From the NCBI GenBank assembly GCA_004022145.1, contig RCNU01000007.1: a DNA stretch of 64,000 nucleotides. One strand, written 5' to 3'. This document shows positions 14,833 through 25,692 of this stretch, piece after piece. The number at the start of each line of letters is the position of its first letter. Positions within the stretch are counted from its first letter, which is position 1. The DNA comes from Paecilomyces variotii. Lineage: Eukaryota. The notes below the pieces were generated by a model that was given only the letters and a program-made list of their open reading frames with translations, was not told the origin of the DNA and did not search any database. The position numbers and the translations under genes were made by a program.

Positions 14833-15993
14833 ATGCTCGCATCCTCAGTCTTCCGTGTGGCACGGTCGCCAGCCGTGCCTTTTCCTGCTGTCACACCCGC
14901 TATCACATCGACATCGAACGGACTGCTTGCTACCGCGACCCGGCGTCAAGCGCAGCGCCGATACTCGTCCTCGAAGCCTCCGGTGCCCCCCAGTGATGGT
15001 TCGAGCCGGATTGATACCTCTCAGACTCCGGCTAAGGGAGTGAGTCCATCTGGACAGAAGCGTGAAGGCAAATCTTCCAGGCGGAAGGGCAGAGATAACA
15101 GCCGACATGGCTCTGCCAAGTCCAGCGAAAACACTGCTTTCCTGAACCTCCCCAGCGTTCCCTCGACGCAGCATCGCCAGCCTCATGGTTAGTTTTGTTA
15201 CTCTGATATTGCTTCTTGGTCATTGCATTTATTGGAGAATAGCTGTAAGCTGACTTTCCGTGAAACCTTAGACGTTCACATAGCCTCATTCTTCTCCATC
15301 CACCGGCCTATTTCCGTCACCACGACCGTTCCTCCAACCTCGAATGCCGAAGCTTTCGATGCCATATTCTCCAAGAAGGCGTCAAGAGCCGGTCCCGATG
15401 ATGTTATCCACACCATTTCATCCGCCGTGAATTCGATGGAGAACGTCATGCATGGCCAGCAGTTCGGTGCGTCAGAGCAGGATGAGCTCCGACATGCTCT
15501 CGGCCAAGCTTCCGCCAACAATGCGGAATCCGAGGTCATCCATCTCGATGGTATTCCTATGCACGAGCTGAGGATTTCCGTCGAAGAGATGACCAGACGG
15601 CTACGCCCATTCCACCCTCCTCCTCCCCCGGTTCCATTGGACGAGATGAACACGGCCGATCTGAACCAGGCTGAGGAGCCCTCCAGGTCTCAGACCTACT
15701 CGACGGTCCTGACGATCCGTGAGTCCACAGACGCCGATGGACAGAGGACGTACGAGGCTCACACGACGCCTTTTGTTCAGACCGAGATGGAAGCTCCCGG
15801 TGTGTTTGATGGCGAGGCTGCCATTGAAGAGCCCAACGGCTCTCGCAGCACCTACATGGAGCGCATACGTAACCCCCGGACCATGCACGCCATCAGCGTC
15901 AAGAGACAGCGCAAGCTGAAGATGAAGAAGCACAAGTACAAGAAGCTGATGCGCAAGACGAGAACGCTGAGACGCAAGCTGGACAAGGCTTAG
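14833..15993 (+). CDS. cox24: Mitochondrial Cox24/mS38-like protein (DUF1713 basic C-terminal domain); intron 15189-15270
   Basis: Arg/Ser/Ala-rich presequence-like N-terminus, FFSIHRPIS motif and C-terminal SVKRQRKLKMKKHKYKKLMRKTRTLRRKLDK. Confidence 0.8.
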
Positions 15994-17059
15994 AATTCCT
16001 TTCCCGTCTACGCTTTCTCTCATCGGTCTCTGCGCTTCTTTTCTCTTTTTCCTGTCTTGTGATTTGTCTATGGGATTCCTGCATTTCTCATCCCCCCAGC
16101 GTTATTCAACGACTTCGGGGCCATGCATCAGACCCTACCTATCTTTATCTTAGTCCACGTCTCGCATAGCCCTCATCCGCTCATGCTCGCTTTGTCTCAG
16201 TCATCATATTTCTCTCATCTTCCCCCTCTCTTCCTATCCGATCTTCTAGTCGTCGAATATAAATCGTATTTTCATACTTATATATACACAGTAAGATTAC
16301 ATTTCCAATGATCCGCTTTCCATAACCTCATGTAGAGTATCGGACTTTCGTTTCAGTTGTTTCCTTGCTGTTTTGTTTAATTATCTCAATCATTGAATGG
16401 CATTCATAGCTATCTCAATCACCAAGCCGGTAGATCTCTGTATACTGTGAAGTTGTCCGTCTATACACGTTCGTTTAATACTCGTAGATGCGGTATTCTT
16501 TTAACGGCTCGTAGAAAGCTTCTTACAATCTTGCAAGCGTCACTATGGCGGCGAGAGTTATACCCGACAGGCAATAGAGCATACCATTACAGCTATACAT
16601 GGGATACAACTAGGGAAACCACGGCCCGCAAGCCCAGGGCTAAAGTTACATATAGCATAGCAGAAGAGACGATTTTGGATAAATGACGTGCGATAAAATG
16701 GACAGCAAGAGAAAATGAGGCTAGAAAAGGCCTCGCGCGTGAGACGTGTATGACGTAGTCCAGAATCGCCGGCCAGGAGAAAAAAACCAAACGCGAACCG
16801 TGGCCATGCAGTATATCTATCTATCGGGAGTGTCACGTCAGACATGTACTCTCGTAGATCAGCTCATTCATCACAACTGATTCCAACCCCCTTCACCCCA
16901 CTCCTCCATACGATAGCTTCCGCATAGGAGAGCTACCTTGTTCCCGGCCATATACTTGGCTGATTGAGATACCGGGTACGAAAAACTAAAAGGGACATGG
17001 ACATGGCAAGGCGATTCCGTTCCTCACTATGCCCTTTCCCGTAACAGGATATTTCCCGT

Positions 17060-18024
17060 TTAGCACACGGCTTCCTTGGTACGGGAGTTCATCAGAAGTG
17101 CGACAATAAGACCGTAAAGACCTGTCGAAGTTAGAATTACCATGGATAATGGATTAGCTAGGTCAGATAGATAGTAAACGTACCCAAGACTTCAGCGAAA
17201 ATGAGAATCAGGATCATTCCGACATAGAGTCTAGGTTGCTGCGCAGTTCCACGGACACCAGCATCACCAACAATACCAATAGCGAAACTGGTTAAGGCCA
17301 GATTGTTAGCTTAAATAGCACTGGAACTTTGCGGAGTTTCGATCATTGACATACCCAGCCGCCATACCAGCAAGACCGACTGCGAGACCAGCTCCCAGCT
17401 GGATGAAACCAGCGTACAGCGAAACCTTTTGCGTCAAGTCGTTCGCAATCAACACGGAAACGACCAGACCATAGATACCAATGATACCAGCCATGACAAT
17501 GGGGACAATGTCTGTGATGGTCAGCCAATCCACTCTCCAGAGCTTGCCATCCATCTGGTTTCTATCATATGGCTGAGATAGAACAACGTATCCGACATAC
17601 TCTTAACGATCAGGTCGGGTCTCAGGACGGCCATGCCGCAGACACCGACACCAGCCTTAGCGGTTCCATAGGCAGCACCGAAGCAAGTGAAGACGATAGC
17701 AGAGGTGCAGCCCAGGGCGCCGAAGAAGGGCTATTTTCTCAGTCATCAGTCATCTGTTCGCATATAACGTAGAGGGGGTGATGGGCGAGTGTGCTCTGGC
17801 TGAGCCGTAGAGCCGGTTGCCATCGGAGAGCTCGCGTCAAGAGCAATGCGTGCACGGTTTAAGGATGACCTACCGCATAAACGGGACTAATTGAAAGAGA
17901 ATGTTAGTATACGATCATTAATTAGGAAACTTCCAACAGCAGCTTCATGTTCCACTAGGGTATCGGCACTAACGACGGTCGTGCACCTGGGGAGAGTGAC
18001 AGCTTACCAGAGATCCGAGGACAT
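17060..18024 (-). CDS. vma3: V-type ATPase 16 kDa proteolipid subunit c, 6 exons including 17-nt and 13-nt micro-exons
   Basis: The spliced product reads [39 protein letters not shown]...[21 protein letters not shown]...[40 protein letters not shown], which includes the proton-carrying Glu. Confidence 0.97.
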
Positions 18025-18572
18025 TTTAAGGGATAGAGGACCGATACGGGTCGATATCACCGATCAACAGCTCTGAGGGAATGATGATAAGCGAGATGCA
18101 AGGAACAAAGCCGCTGGTGCGATCGCGACAGTACCGATGAAGATGTGGCTGGTGGTTGGAGACGGAGATGAGGTCGAGGACGAAGACGCTCGTTGTTGCG
18201 TCGGGGAGATCCAAGGCTGGCTTGACCAGCTGCCGTCTCGGTCACGTGGGCTTGGCGCGACCGATCAGCGGCGTCAGCTTCCCGGCACGTCAACATCGAT
18301 GCCATATCTACCGCTCCAACAGCAATTCATCTCTCATGACAACGATACAGTTTCTTATTTCAAGCATTTATCATTTGGTTGTCCTCTAGTGATGTTCACT
18401 GGTCATATTTTATGATTCTTTTTTTTCCTTATATGGCGGCAGAGATCTACCGAGGCAAGGCACCCATACTGTCTATGCTAATCAGCTAAGAGACAGCCTT
18501 TTTCCACTCTCGTAAACAATATGTACTGTACATTGATACCCCAAACTCCACATTTCTTCATTCCCCCGTAGT

Positions 18573-20254
18573 CTATACAATTAGAAGTTGCACTCGGCAG
18601 CCTGGAATATCCAACTTGGTGCGATTCTGACCAGAGTTGTTCAGCGGCTTCTCACCGCCAATAGGTTGGGAATAGGTGATGGCTTTCTCAGTCAGTGCGC
18701 CAAAATAGTTGGGCAGCATGACAATGTCTTTCGAGTGTCCATCGCTGGTGTCAGCAATTGCCTCTGCTGTCTCCGCAGGTGGGATAACGCCAAAGCGACA
18801 GCAAGTCCCTTCCCCGGAGTTACTAAAATCTCCAGAGGCGCTGTCCTTTCGAGCTTTCGGGGCCATTGAAGCGTAAAACTGGATAAAATCGCCCTCACTT
18901 GCGACCTGGGAAAGAGCGGACAGGTCATCTCCGTAGGCAAGCTTTTCGAACGACTTTGGAAAGCCTTGCAACTTTTCCGACAGTGAGTCTGCGTCTCCAT
19001 AACCAAGCAGCTCATCGATAGGAAATAAGCCGCCGTACGGTGTAGTATCGGCAAACGTGGTTTCAGGGTCCAAAGAGAGTAAACCTTGCTTCTTCCCCCA
19101 TCCTCCACCGCCGCTCATCACCCGATGAAGCTTGCTGCCATTGGAGATGGCATTCAGGACATGGTTCGAATCGAACACGTTAGTCGATAGAACACGGTCT
19201 GGATTTTCGACCAACGCCCATACAGAAACCCTCTGGTCGAGTGCATGTTCCTCTACATACCTTGGAAGCTCTTTCTCCAATTCAGACGACGCTGGCATTG
19301 CGTCATTCGACTTTCCATCCGTTGACTTCGACACTTGACGGAGGATATTCCCCAGACTAGACATGACCTTTCGACGTTGGCCCACCGGGGAAAGCGAAAC
19401 GCCCAAGGAGGTCTGGATGCGCTCCCCCGCAGATGTGACTGTGCAGTTAGAGAGATCACTACTCTGACTTAGACAGAACCTCCCGTGATCGGACTTGTAT
19501 TCCCAGCGCATCCCGAACATAGTCCTATCCTTCCCATTGAGGAATATAGTGTTTGCTAAGCGCAAACCAACTTCATATGATGCAGTGGCTGAGCGTGTGG
19601 GCTTCACAGAATATATGAAAGAAGGTTCATCCTTGTCCGTGCTCTTCAGTCGGGAGGCTCTGGCGGCCTTCCCTGCTACGTCTTCAGTCTGGGCTAGCAA
19701 TAGTGATAGACCTTCTGACCCTAGCAGGTCGGCGACTTCGTCGCGCGGGTCAGGTAGTTTATCTACAATTGCTGCAACTGCGTGACGAGGACTCCGTCGT
19801 AGATTATCTGACTTGTCTGTGAACAGCTTGTTCATGAGTTCATCGAGGAACGTATTTCCTCGTTCAATCCACGGAGCAAATGCTGGTGTGACCAGGAGGA
19901 TAGGGACTCTGTCTGTTTTGTCGGGGGAAGGTACCGGGGGAAGGTGACGGAGGACTTCATCTTGTGTCTTGGACCATTTCGCATTGTTAGCTAGTCAAAT
20001 ATATCCGGTCGCACATCACTCACCACCTCGTGTGGCGTCTTCGTGAGCCAAGAAATGGCGATGGGAGCAGAGTGTGTTGGGGCGCTTGATTGCTCTGCTC
20101 TTCTCGAGATGGAGCTAAATGCCCGCGGAAAAGTCGATGAACAGTCAATTGCGACACCTTGTCGGACATTGGCCGAAGCCAGTTTGAGGCATCTTCGGAT
20201 AATAGCTGGTCTCGCGGCCGCGAGCCCCGAACTGTGCCCGTATATCAATGACAT
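18573..20254 (-). CDS. Conserved fungal hypothetical protein with possible mitochondrial presequence, 2 exons
   Basis: 420-aa ORF plus an upstream exon joined by a GTGAGT...CTAAC...AAG intron. Conserved-looking blocks include LRLANTIFLNG, SSLGNILRQV, ASSELE and RVMSGGGGWGKKQGLLSLDPE. Confidence 0.8.
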
Positions 20255-21007
20255 GGAGACATTGATGTCAGTGTTCGCAGCTTCATCAATTAGCTGCGCT
20301 TTGAGTGGGCAGAGCAGAGTTCCGAGATGAGAGCTCGGGCCACACAAGCAGGCAGCCCGCCAAGATATCCAACTTATTACATAGTGTTCGCCAGCAATGC
20401 CTGGGTAACTGATAATAATGTCTATACTAATTTAAAATTGGAAAGGGGATACAGAGCAGACCTAAACGCAACTTAGATAAATCAAAAGTACAATGTTCTG
20501 TTGCAAGAATCGAGAAATTATCCGGTTCCAGACGCCGTACAATCCACCCGACGAAGATGTAGAGTACATTTCCCTTATTTCTACGGTATGTCTTAAGCCA
20601 GCAGGGAGATCGCTGAAGACTGTCAAAATGAGTAGGATTTCAACGAATTGTCTGACTTCAACATGGATACCGGCCTTCGAGGAGGTACGCCCATATCCAC
20701 TGCCACAAACGGCTGGCTGGTTAGCAGGATGATATAGGTCCTAGATATAGCTAGGAGTAGGAGATACTCAATATATTATTACCATAACTATTAATAAATG
20801 CAAGACTTATTATTATTATTATTATTCTCCTAGCACTTCGTAAGGAACAACTACAGTCGTTATCGGTATGCCGAAGCTGCCAATTTCTTGTTCCGGCGCC
20901 GAACGTTTCCCGGAAGCTCCACACATACAAGTATCGACCCACAACGCAACATATATTTTTTGTCATAGAGGCAAAAAAAGTCGAAAAGGCAAAAAAGTAA
21001 TTTCAAA

Positions 21008-21079
21008 TGACCTACGCAGGGATCGAACCTGCAATCTCTTGATTCGTAGTCAAGCGCCTTGCCATTGGGCCAGCAGGCC
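21008..21079 (-). tRNA. tRNA-Arg (anticodon ACG), intronless
   Basis: Acceptor stem GGCCTGC/GTAGGTC, D-arm TGGCCCAATGGCAAGGC, anticodon arm CTTGA-CTACGAA-TCAAG, T-arm GCAGG-TTCGATC-CCTGC, and downstream T-runs. Confidence 0.97.
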
Positions 21080-21758
21080 AGTTGATGGAGATCTGGCGGT
21101 AGTACTAATTGATAAACCTGCATTCTCATAGAGAAGCGCCTAGCTTTTTATGATTGCCTTTCTTTTCGGTTCTATATATCTCTATTATTGGCATAATTTT
21201 GGTGTGTGATGTGGTATTTGTTTATACAACTCTATGCAAGGACTTAAGGTGTTTTCATATGCATTTGCATTGAGGTGATAACTATGTGGTTGATGTTCCT
21301 CCTATGTCTAGAGCCAAGAATATAAAAGCGTTCTGCTAGACATTACAACAAGCATCAGAAACGAAGCGGCACATGCAGCTCTCAAACAACCCGTTCCCCA
21401 TGCTTACGCTATAAGTTCCTTACTGGAGCTAGAGCTAATGGATGGCCGATGAATAAAGACCTGCCGCAAGCTGGGCCTGAACTATCGTGGCAAGCCTAAC
21501 ACCAACTATATAGCCAGTTCGGATCCTGAGATTCCTCCTATCCTGGCTTTCTGCTCCTCTGGCAACAAGGAAGCGGTGAATCACATGTTGCCCACAACTT
21601 TCAAAAACCAATAAGAGGAGCTCAGGCTCCCGCTAGTGATTTGGAAGCCGAGCTCATTTATCGCTTCGCTCGTGCTCCGCGATATACCATTCCAACCGAC
21701 CATTGGCAAGGGAGCTCATCATATGATCAAACTGGCTACTTGAATAGACCATTCTCTC

Positions 21759-23278
21759 ATGAACTACTCATTTGCGCAGATATCTGTTCGAAGACCACCT
21801 CCAGCTAAATTTGCCAGACATTTTTCATCGATTTCCGGTATAAGGTCTGCCTCACCGACCAGATCTGCCCCTCAAATCCGAGAAGAGGATGGAAGTCCCT
21901 ACTATGATCCGAAGAAATATTACCCTGCTCGTGTTAGAGAGACTATCGGGAAATATTGTCTTATCTCAAAGCTCGGTTGGGGTGCCAATTCTACAGCTTG
22001 GTTGGCAAGAGACACCAGTCGGTTAGTTCATCATCATCTAGTTATTGGTCACTTAATAACAACGTGAAGGTGGGCGTGGCAGTCAACCCGATATATGACC
22101 CTAAAGATTACAAATTGTGGCAAGGAAGAACGGAGATCTGCTTCTGATGAGATAGAGATCTCAAGACACATATCCAGTCTGCGATCTAGCCATCAAGGTA
22201 GAGCATATATTCGGCTAGTAAAGGAAAACTTTAGCATCCAGGGCCCATTCGGAGAACATTTATGTCTGGTATTTGAACCATTGAGAGAAAGGAGTATTGA
22301 AAGAAGGGAACGGACAAGAAGCCCACCTGTATGTATTACGTGACACTCGGAATGAAGAAAGTCAAGGCCTTGAAGCAGTAGTTTTAAGAAGGGCTTCAGG
22401 ACCGCTGGAGGTACACCGTTGCTTCCTAGGTGTCTTCCCAACAACCAGAGTGGCTCCCTAATGGGAAACAAAGATCTGAAGTCAGATAACTTCCTCCTAG
22501 GATTCGAAGACTTTGGTGTCGTTGAGAGTTACGTCCGCCACCAGGAGGAAGACCCTGCTCCCTTTAAAGACTGCGATAATCGCCCTGTATTCCAATCTCG
22601 TCCTGATTTCGGGCAACTGAGAAAAGGGGTAGGACTGGTTCAGAGAAAAGGGGTAGGACTGGTTCAGATTAGCGACTTCAGTGCGGCAGTTTTCGGCAAT
22701 GTCTCTGTGCCCCATAATCATGATATTCAACCGCAACCGTTTTGTGCTCCAGAGGTACTCTTGAGGGCGACATGGTCGTATAGTGCAGATATATGGAACC
22801 TAGGAACAGTGGTGAGAGGACCCCAAAGATGACATTTACGCAAAATACTAAACTTACACTTCCGTAAAGCTCTGGGAGCTCCTTGCGGATCATGTTCTTT
22901 TCAATGGACTGGACGCTAAAAGCGCCACTTATTCTCGAGCGACACACATGGCTCAGATGATACGGCTCCTGGGTCCGCCTCCTCTTCGCTTATTGAAAAG
23001 GGCAGATGAGGAGATTTGCTCTCAGCTATTCACCAGCCAAGGTATGGTTTTGTTGATTAATTATATCCCGGGTGCTAAGTGTTCGATCAGGAGAGTTCAA
23101 ATTCCCAGACTTGATCCCTTCAGAGGAGTTTAATCTTCCAACCCTTACACCGTTCCTCGAGGGAGAAGATAAACGACTATTTCTCCAATTTGTGCGAAAG
23201 ATGTTATGTTGGGAGCCAGAACAGCGTTCAACAGCAAAAGAGCTTTGTGACGACCCTTGGCTTAATTACAAGTCTTAG
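21759..23278 (+). pseudogene. SRPK-like (SRPKL) Ser/Thr protein kinase gene disrupted by an internal inversion (22284-22459)
   Basis: KLGWGANSTAWLARD, YMTLKI, HLCLVFEPL, DLKSDN, ISDFS, CAPEVLL, ADIWNLG and FVRKMLCWEPEQRSTAKEL are on the plus strand. The segment REPLWL...LQGLDFLHSECHVIHT lies on the minus strand. Confidence 0.92.
22619..22666 (+). repeat. 24-bp perfect in-frame tandem duplication (RKGVGLVQ x2)
   Basis: GAGAAAAGGGGTAGGACTGGTTCA occurs at 22619-22642 and 22643-22666. Confidence 0.97.
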
Positions 23279-23521
23279 TTGCTATCGTCAATGCAACCTT
23301 CGCTTCAGTAAATTTGGATCGAATCCCAACTGCCTTTCTAAATGTCAATAATCTTGTTCCTCCCGTAGTCAATGCATACGCTTGTTAAAATTCTTGTAGG
23401 TAACTAGTACGATTGCTGAATACGTAGAGATTAATTATCACATGATCTAAATGCAGAGCCCACGTCGCCGCGTATACTTAACGATCTAGCCAACTTGCAT
23501 GAATCGTTGTTTATCTGATGC

Positions 23522-24562
23522 ATGTTACATGTCATCGCCATGACTTACCCATTGAGCCTTGATTACAATTCGGCCCATGGTATTAAAAAGCCCAAACTGC
23601 CTTATTTACTGGGTGACCAGTTCTCTATCGTCTCACACCGTCCCCCTCCTCCAACAAACGGCCGAGTGTCTCTTACGTCTAAGACAGCGCGGGAACGACA
23701 ACATGTGGACATTGTCACCCGTTGCCAGATTCATCCACCCCTTGAAGGGAAACTGATTCCCGAAGAAAGGTTCAACTTGGAGGTTTTGGAGACAATTAGA
23801 GTTGGCGATGGGAAGTCCTCCCAGGTGGTCTCTGTACGGATCCTTTCTGGTCCGAAGTTCGTCGACCTAGAGGTAGTAGCGAAATTCTATGATCCCCTCT
23901 ACTGCGACCATAGCTCTGATGATGTCGACCCTTTCCTATGTGTCGATAGAGACTATACGCATGAAACTGCTGCCTACATTCACTTGTCCGAGTCCTTGAA
24001 CGTCGTACCCCGGTATTACGGTTCATATTCATGGGAGGTGTCTGTCAACGAAAATCAGTCACGTCTTGTGCAACTCATCCTAATTGAAAAGATTAACGGT
24101 CCCTCGATGGATATGATGGATCCTCAGATGTTGACCGCCGAATTAAGGAAGAGTATCATGAAGGGGGTTGTCGATGCGGAGTCTCAGCTATATCAGCGGA
24201 ATGTTCGACATGGCGACATTCATCCGCGAAATGTGCTTGTGCAGCGGCTAAAGGACACGTCTGATTGCCCAGTGATCACCCTCATTGATTTTGGAAGAGC
24301 GGTTATTGGCCGATCTTATGACCCAACAGACCCCGAGGAAGAAGAGCAATATCTTCCCGGAACATATATTGGCCCCCTTCTTCGGTGGACCATGTCAGAT
24401 TCGTGGTGCTCGTATCCTTGCGTATACAAAAATTGGATCACGTGGGACTGGCAGTTCTGGCTTGAAGATGAATATCAAGGAGATGAGATTACAGAGCATA
24501 TGAGAGTTCTTTGGCTGCCTTCTCGAACGAAGCCGTTGCCTTCCCCACCGGACACTGCTTGA
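23522..24562 (+). CDS. Atypical protein kinase-like protein, single exon, intact
   Basis: 346-aa ORF with VVAKFYDPLY (beta3 Lys), HETAAY (helix C Glu), VPRYYGSY, LILIEKING, HGDIHPRNVLV (catalytic loop) and LIDFG. Confidence 0.85.
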   Translation: MLHVIAMTYPLSLDYNSAHGIKKPKLPYLLGDQFSIVSHRPPPPTNGRVSLTSKTARERQHVDIVTRCQIHPPLEGKLIPEERFNLEVLETIRVGDGKSSQVVSVRILSGPKFVDLEVVAKFYDPLYCDHSSDDVDPFLCVDRDYTHETAAYIHLSESLNVVPRYYGSYSWEVSVNENQSRLVQLILIEKINGPSMDMMDPQMLTAELRKSIMKGVVDAESQLYQRNVRHGDIHPRNVLVQRLKDTSDCPVITLIDFGRAVIGRSYDPTDPEEEEQYLPGTYIGPLLRWTMSDSWCSYPCVYKNWITWDWQFWLEDEYQGDEITEHMRVLWLPSRTKPLPSPPDTA

Positions 24563-25014
24563 GTGGATCTATCTACCTCGTTTTCATCGGAGCCGTTGAG
24601 ACCTGCAGTGAGACAGTACTCGTCCTTTATCCTTCTGAAACTTGCCGCATAGAAGTGTCGGCGAAGGTAAGGCAGTAGGGGGGCAGTCTTCCGCTGCTTC
24701 TGGATCGGGACAGCTCACTGGACCTTGCATGGCTAAACAGAATGTTCAGGGATGCGGGAGTATCTTCAATGCTTCCTTCGCTTTAGGTTTGATTTTCGTT
24801 CCTTCGAAGATCTGATTGCTCTCGGGGTGTTTCTATATCGGATTTCCTTGGTATCTTTACGGTAAGGGCGAACCACGCACTGAAGAGTCAGTGTCAATTC
24901 TCAATTTTCTCGCCGAGATCATTCGTGATTGTCAGCTCGCGTTTCTCAGCTCCCTTCGATGGAAGGTCTCTGCCATTAATGAAGCAGAAATTATTGACTT
25001 CTCTCCTAGCCTTA

Positions 25015-25056
25015 CTTAGCAGTTGATTTCTTAGTCTTAGCAGTTGATTTCTTAGT
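25015..25056. repeat. 21-bp perfect tandem duplication
   Basis: CTTAGCAGTTGATTTCTTAGT occurs at 25015-25035 and 25036-25056. Confidence 0.95.
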
Positions 25057-25692
25057 GGCAGTATCAAGCTGCATGTATCTAATAATATCCAACACTTATC
25101 TGACATTTAGATTAGACGAATTCGACACAAAGAATTTTAAATAGTTGCTTGATTCCAGATAAAACTCTCCTATATACTTATTCCTAAGGCTTTTAACGCA
25201 CACTACTTTACATTGTTATAATATTTTTTTTCCTATTAAAGTTGATATTGAATACCCCTGAGATATTATCCCAACATACTCTGCAACTAATGCCAGGTGA
25301 TATTCCAAAGTTTAGATTGGGGCCCTTACCACGCAGACGTTTTATCTCTCTCCGACGCTGTCGCGAGAGGTTGCTATATCTGCAACCCTATATTCCAGTA
25401 TACTGTCCAGCAATGTGGGGAGGCAAAAAATTGTGTTGGAGCACCTTGAAGCTATCGTGTGTATAAGCATAAAACAGGAGTGCAGGTGATTATCAACATG
25501 CAACTCCAAAAATATTTTAAGTGTGTCTGGCCACATTTGGCTGGCTTCTCTGTTTGTATCTGCATAGGTATCTCTTTCATCATTCGCCCTGAAATGCTAC
25601 ATCCTATGATAACTTGGCCTTGTTTTTGATCAGAATTGATGTGAATCCCAGTAAATCTACGTCCTATTTAAAGCCTCTATTCTATTCAAGGA

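Noticed and set aside
22193-22471. Independent minus-strand kinase ORF
   Set aside because: It is the inverted internal piece of the plus-strand gene.
23313-23330. B-box/T-arm-like TTGGATCGAATCCCAA
   Set aside because: No A-box or cloverleaf around it; too short to support.
25340-25400. LSDAVARGCYIC resembling the N-terminus of HET-domain proteins
   Set aside because: The motif is too short and no HET core follows.
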